NCBI RefSeq assembly: GCF_963921235.1
Contig: NC_086109.1
Span: 25,608,001 to 25,672,000, forward strand
From: Mobula hypostoma
Taxonomy: Eukaryota
Reading direction: 5' to 3'
DNA: 64,000 nt
Part shown: piece after piece, positions 62,150-64,000 of the stretch
How the letters are laid out: each line of letters starts with the position of its first letter
Position numbering within the stretch: position 1 is the first letter of the stretch
The notes under the pieces: generated by a model
What the model saw: only the letters and a program-made list of their open reading frames with translations
Told to the model about the DNA's origin: nothing
Databases searched by the model: none
Position numbers and translations under genes: made by a program

Positions 62150-62667
62150 CACCAAATGTGAGCATAATACAACCTCAAACCATAGGACATGGATCTTCAA
62201 TCTACCACTGCTGTGGACAGAGGTCCCACCTACTTCAAAGGGCAGCAATCATAATGGCACCCAGGAAGGGCAGGTTGAGCTGCCTCAAAGCCTATCACAC
62301 AATAGCTCTCAAATATACCATAACGAAGTCCTTCAAAAGATTGGTTATGGCTGGAATTAACTCCTGCCTGAGTAAGGACCTGGATTTGTGTAGAGCAGAC
62401 ACAATCTCACTTGCTCTCTACTCTTCTTTGGAGCACCGAGACAACCATAAGACATAAATCGGGCCGATCAGCATTCAACACCATCATCCCCTCAGCAGTA
62501 CTAATCATCTTGCCAAATCAATACAGAGGTAGTTTAATTCCCTTAACTGGAGCATAGCAATGACATTGGCACCTACAGCTGCTGCACTATTGCTTGGATT
62601 CAGAGCCAGGAAAAGAAAGCTGGTGCTTACGTTCTCCTATGAACACAAAAGAAAAACAGCAAAAAGG

Positions 62668-63015
62668 GATCAATTCCCGCCTCTGCCTGTAAGGAGTTTG
62701 TACGTAAGTCTGTGGGACTAGGCAGAAAATAATGGGACTAAGCAGAAAATGGTTCGGCACAGCCAAGAAGGGCCAAAAGGCCTGTTTCTGTGCTGTAGTT
62801 TTTCTATGGTTTCTATGGTTTCTATGGTTATCCCCATGACCGTATGGGTTTCCTCCAGGTGCTCCAGTTTCCTCCCACAGTCTGAAACAGTGCCAGTTGG
62901 TTAATTGGTCTTTGTAAATTGTCCCGTGATTAGGCTAGGATTAAATTGAGGGATTACTGGGTGGTGCAGAAGGGCCTATTCCGCACTGTATGTCAATAAA
63001 TGAAATAAGTAAATA
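62668..63015 (+). mobile_element. V-SINE interrupted by a short CR1 3' tail (~62708-62829)
   Basis: V-domain broken after 'tttgtacgt'; insert ends in (TTTCTATGG)3. Confidence 0.75.
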
Positions 63016-63630
63016 ATCTGCCCACACATGGTCTACATCCTTTCATCTCTGTCTGTTCAGAGTTCATCTGAATGCCACTTAAACGTGCTGTCATATCTAT
63101 TTCCACCACTTCCCCGACAGTGCATTCTCTGTGTGTAAAAATATTGCCACGTAAATCTCCCTTAATCTTTCTCTTTAAACTTTCACCTTAAAGCTATGCC
63201 CCCGCAGCTTTTGGCTTTTCCACACTGGGAAAAAGACCCAGACTCTCGACCCTATCCGTGACACTCATAATTTTATATACTTCTATTGGGTTACCCTCTC
63301 AACCTCAGACACTCCAGAGAAAGCTTATCATACTTTTCCTTATACCTAATACTTTCTTATTGGGACAATATCCTGGCAATCTTCTTCTGCATCCTCTCCA
63401 AAGCCTCCACATTCTTCCTGTGATGTGTCAACCAGACCTACACACTGCACTCCAAATCCAGCCAAACCAAAGTTTTCTACCGCTGCAACATGGCATCCCG
63501 ACATTTACTGTATACTCCACCGATAATGGCAGGGATACGTATACCTTCTCTACTACCCTATATACTTTCAGGGGGCTATGGACTTGCATACCGAGATACT
63601 GCAGTACATTAATGCTCCTTCATAACTTGT
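63015..63630 (-). mobile_element. Old CR1 3' fragment
   Basis: Similar to the minus-strand CR1 copies at 4797-5350 and 57660-58300. Confidence 0.65.
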
Positions 63631-64000
63631 GAACGTTCCCACAACCTATGAGTTCCCACTGGTTTCAACAACAGCTTTCATTTATATATCCTCACTAAGT
63701 CATGCCAAGCCACCTTGTAGATACATTACTAGGCTGAAGTTGTTACATCAGTGATTTCCTTAGGTTCACAATGTCCATGCTTTCAGGTTGAACTGGGCTT
63801 ATGTACAACGTGCATTTGTGAAATCGGTTGATACAAAGCGAAGTAATTGTGTGCAGTCCGGAAGTGATATACTGTGATTGTTTTGCAACTGGCACTTTAC
63901 TTTCAGTATTTTTCTCATTTGCTACCCATAACCTCTCACAAGGTCAGTATGCTGATGATCGCTGAACGCTCATATCCCCCATTCGTATACTGTAGGCATC

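Overview
Eukaryotic, repeat-dominated, apparently intergenic or intronic DNA from a vertebrate, most likely a cartilaginous fish (ray/shark). This is inferred from HE1/V-SINE-type SINEs together with CR1, Rex1/Babar, fish-type L1 and Penelope-like elements. No host protein-coding gene can be supported; the recognisable ORFs in the track are transposon fragments or their antisense shadows. Main contents: (1) a full-length but decayed Ty3/Gypsy LTR element (27612-34571) with a CAAA target-site duplication (TSD), tRNA-Pro PBS, PPT, a PNMA-like gag, and a G-GGA-AAC -1 frameshift site followed by a pseudoknot; (2) a young 5'-truncated Penelope-like element (PLE; RT + Cys-rich linker + GIY-YIG, ~35295-38090) whose 3' end holds a minimal, dimer-type hammerhead ribozyme; (3) several ~95-135 bp PLE-terminus mini-insertions, most carrying the hammerhead, with 9-14 bp TSDs and fold-back arrangements; (4) a three-TIR mariner MITE, a Tc1 relic, an internally deleted Rex1 derivative, RTE-derived short elements and many nested CR1/Rex1/SINE fragments. 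Family names come from motif recognition by eye. Boundaries not defined by TSDs are approximate.
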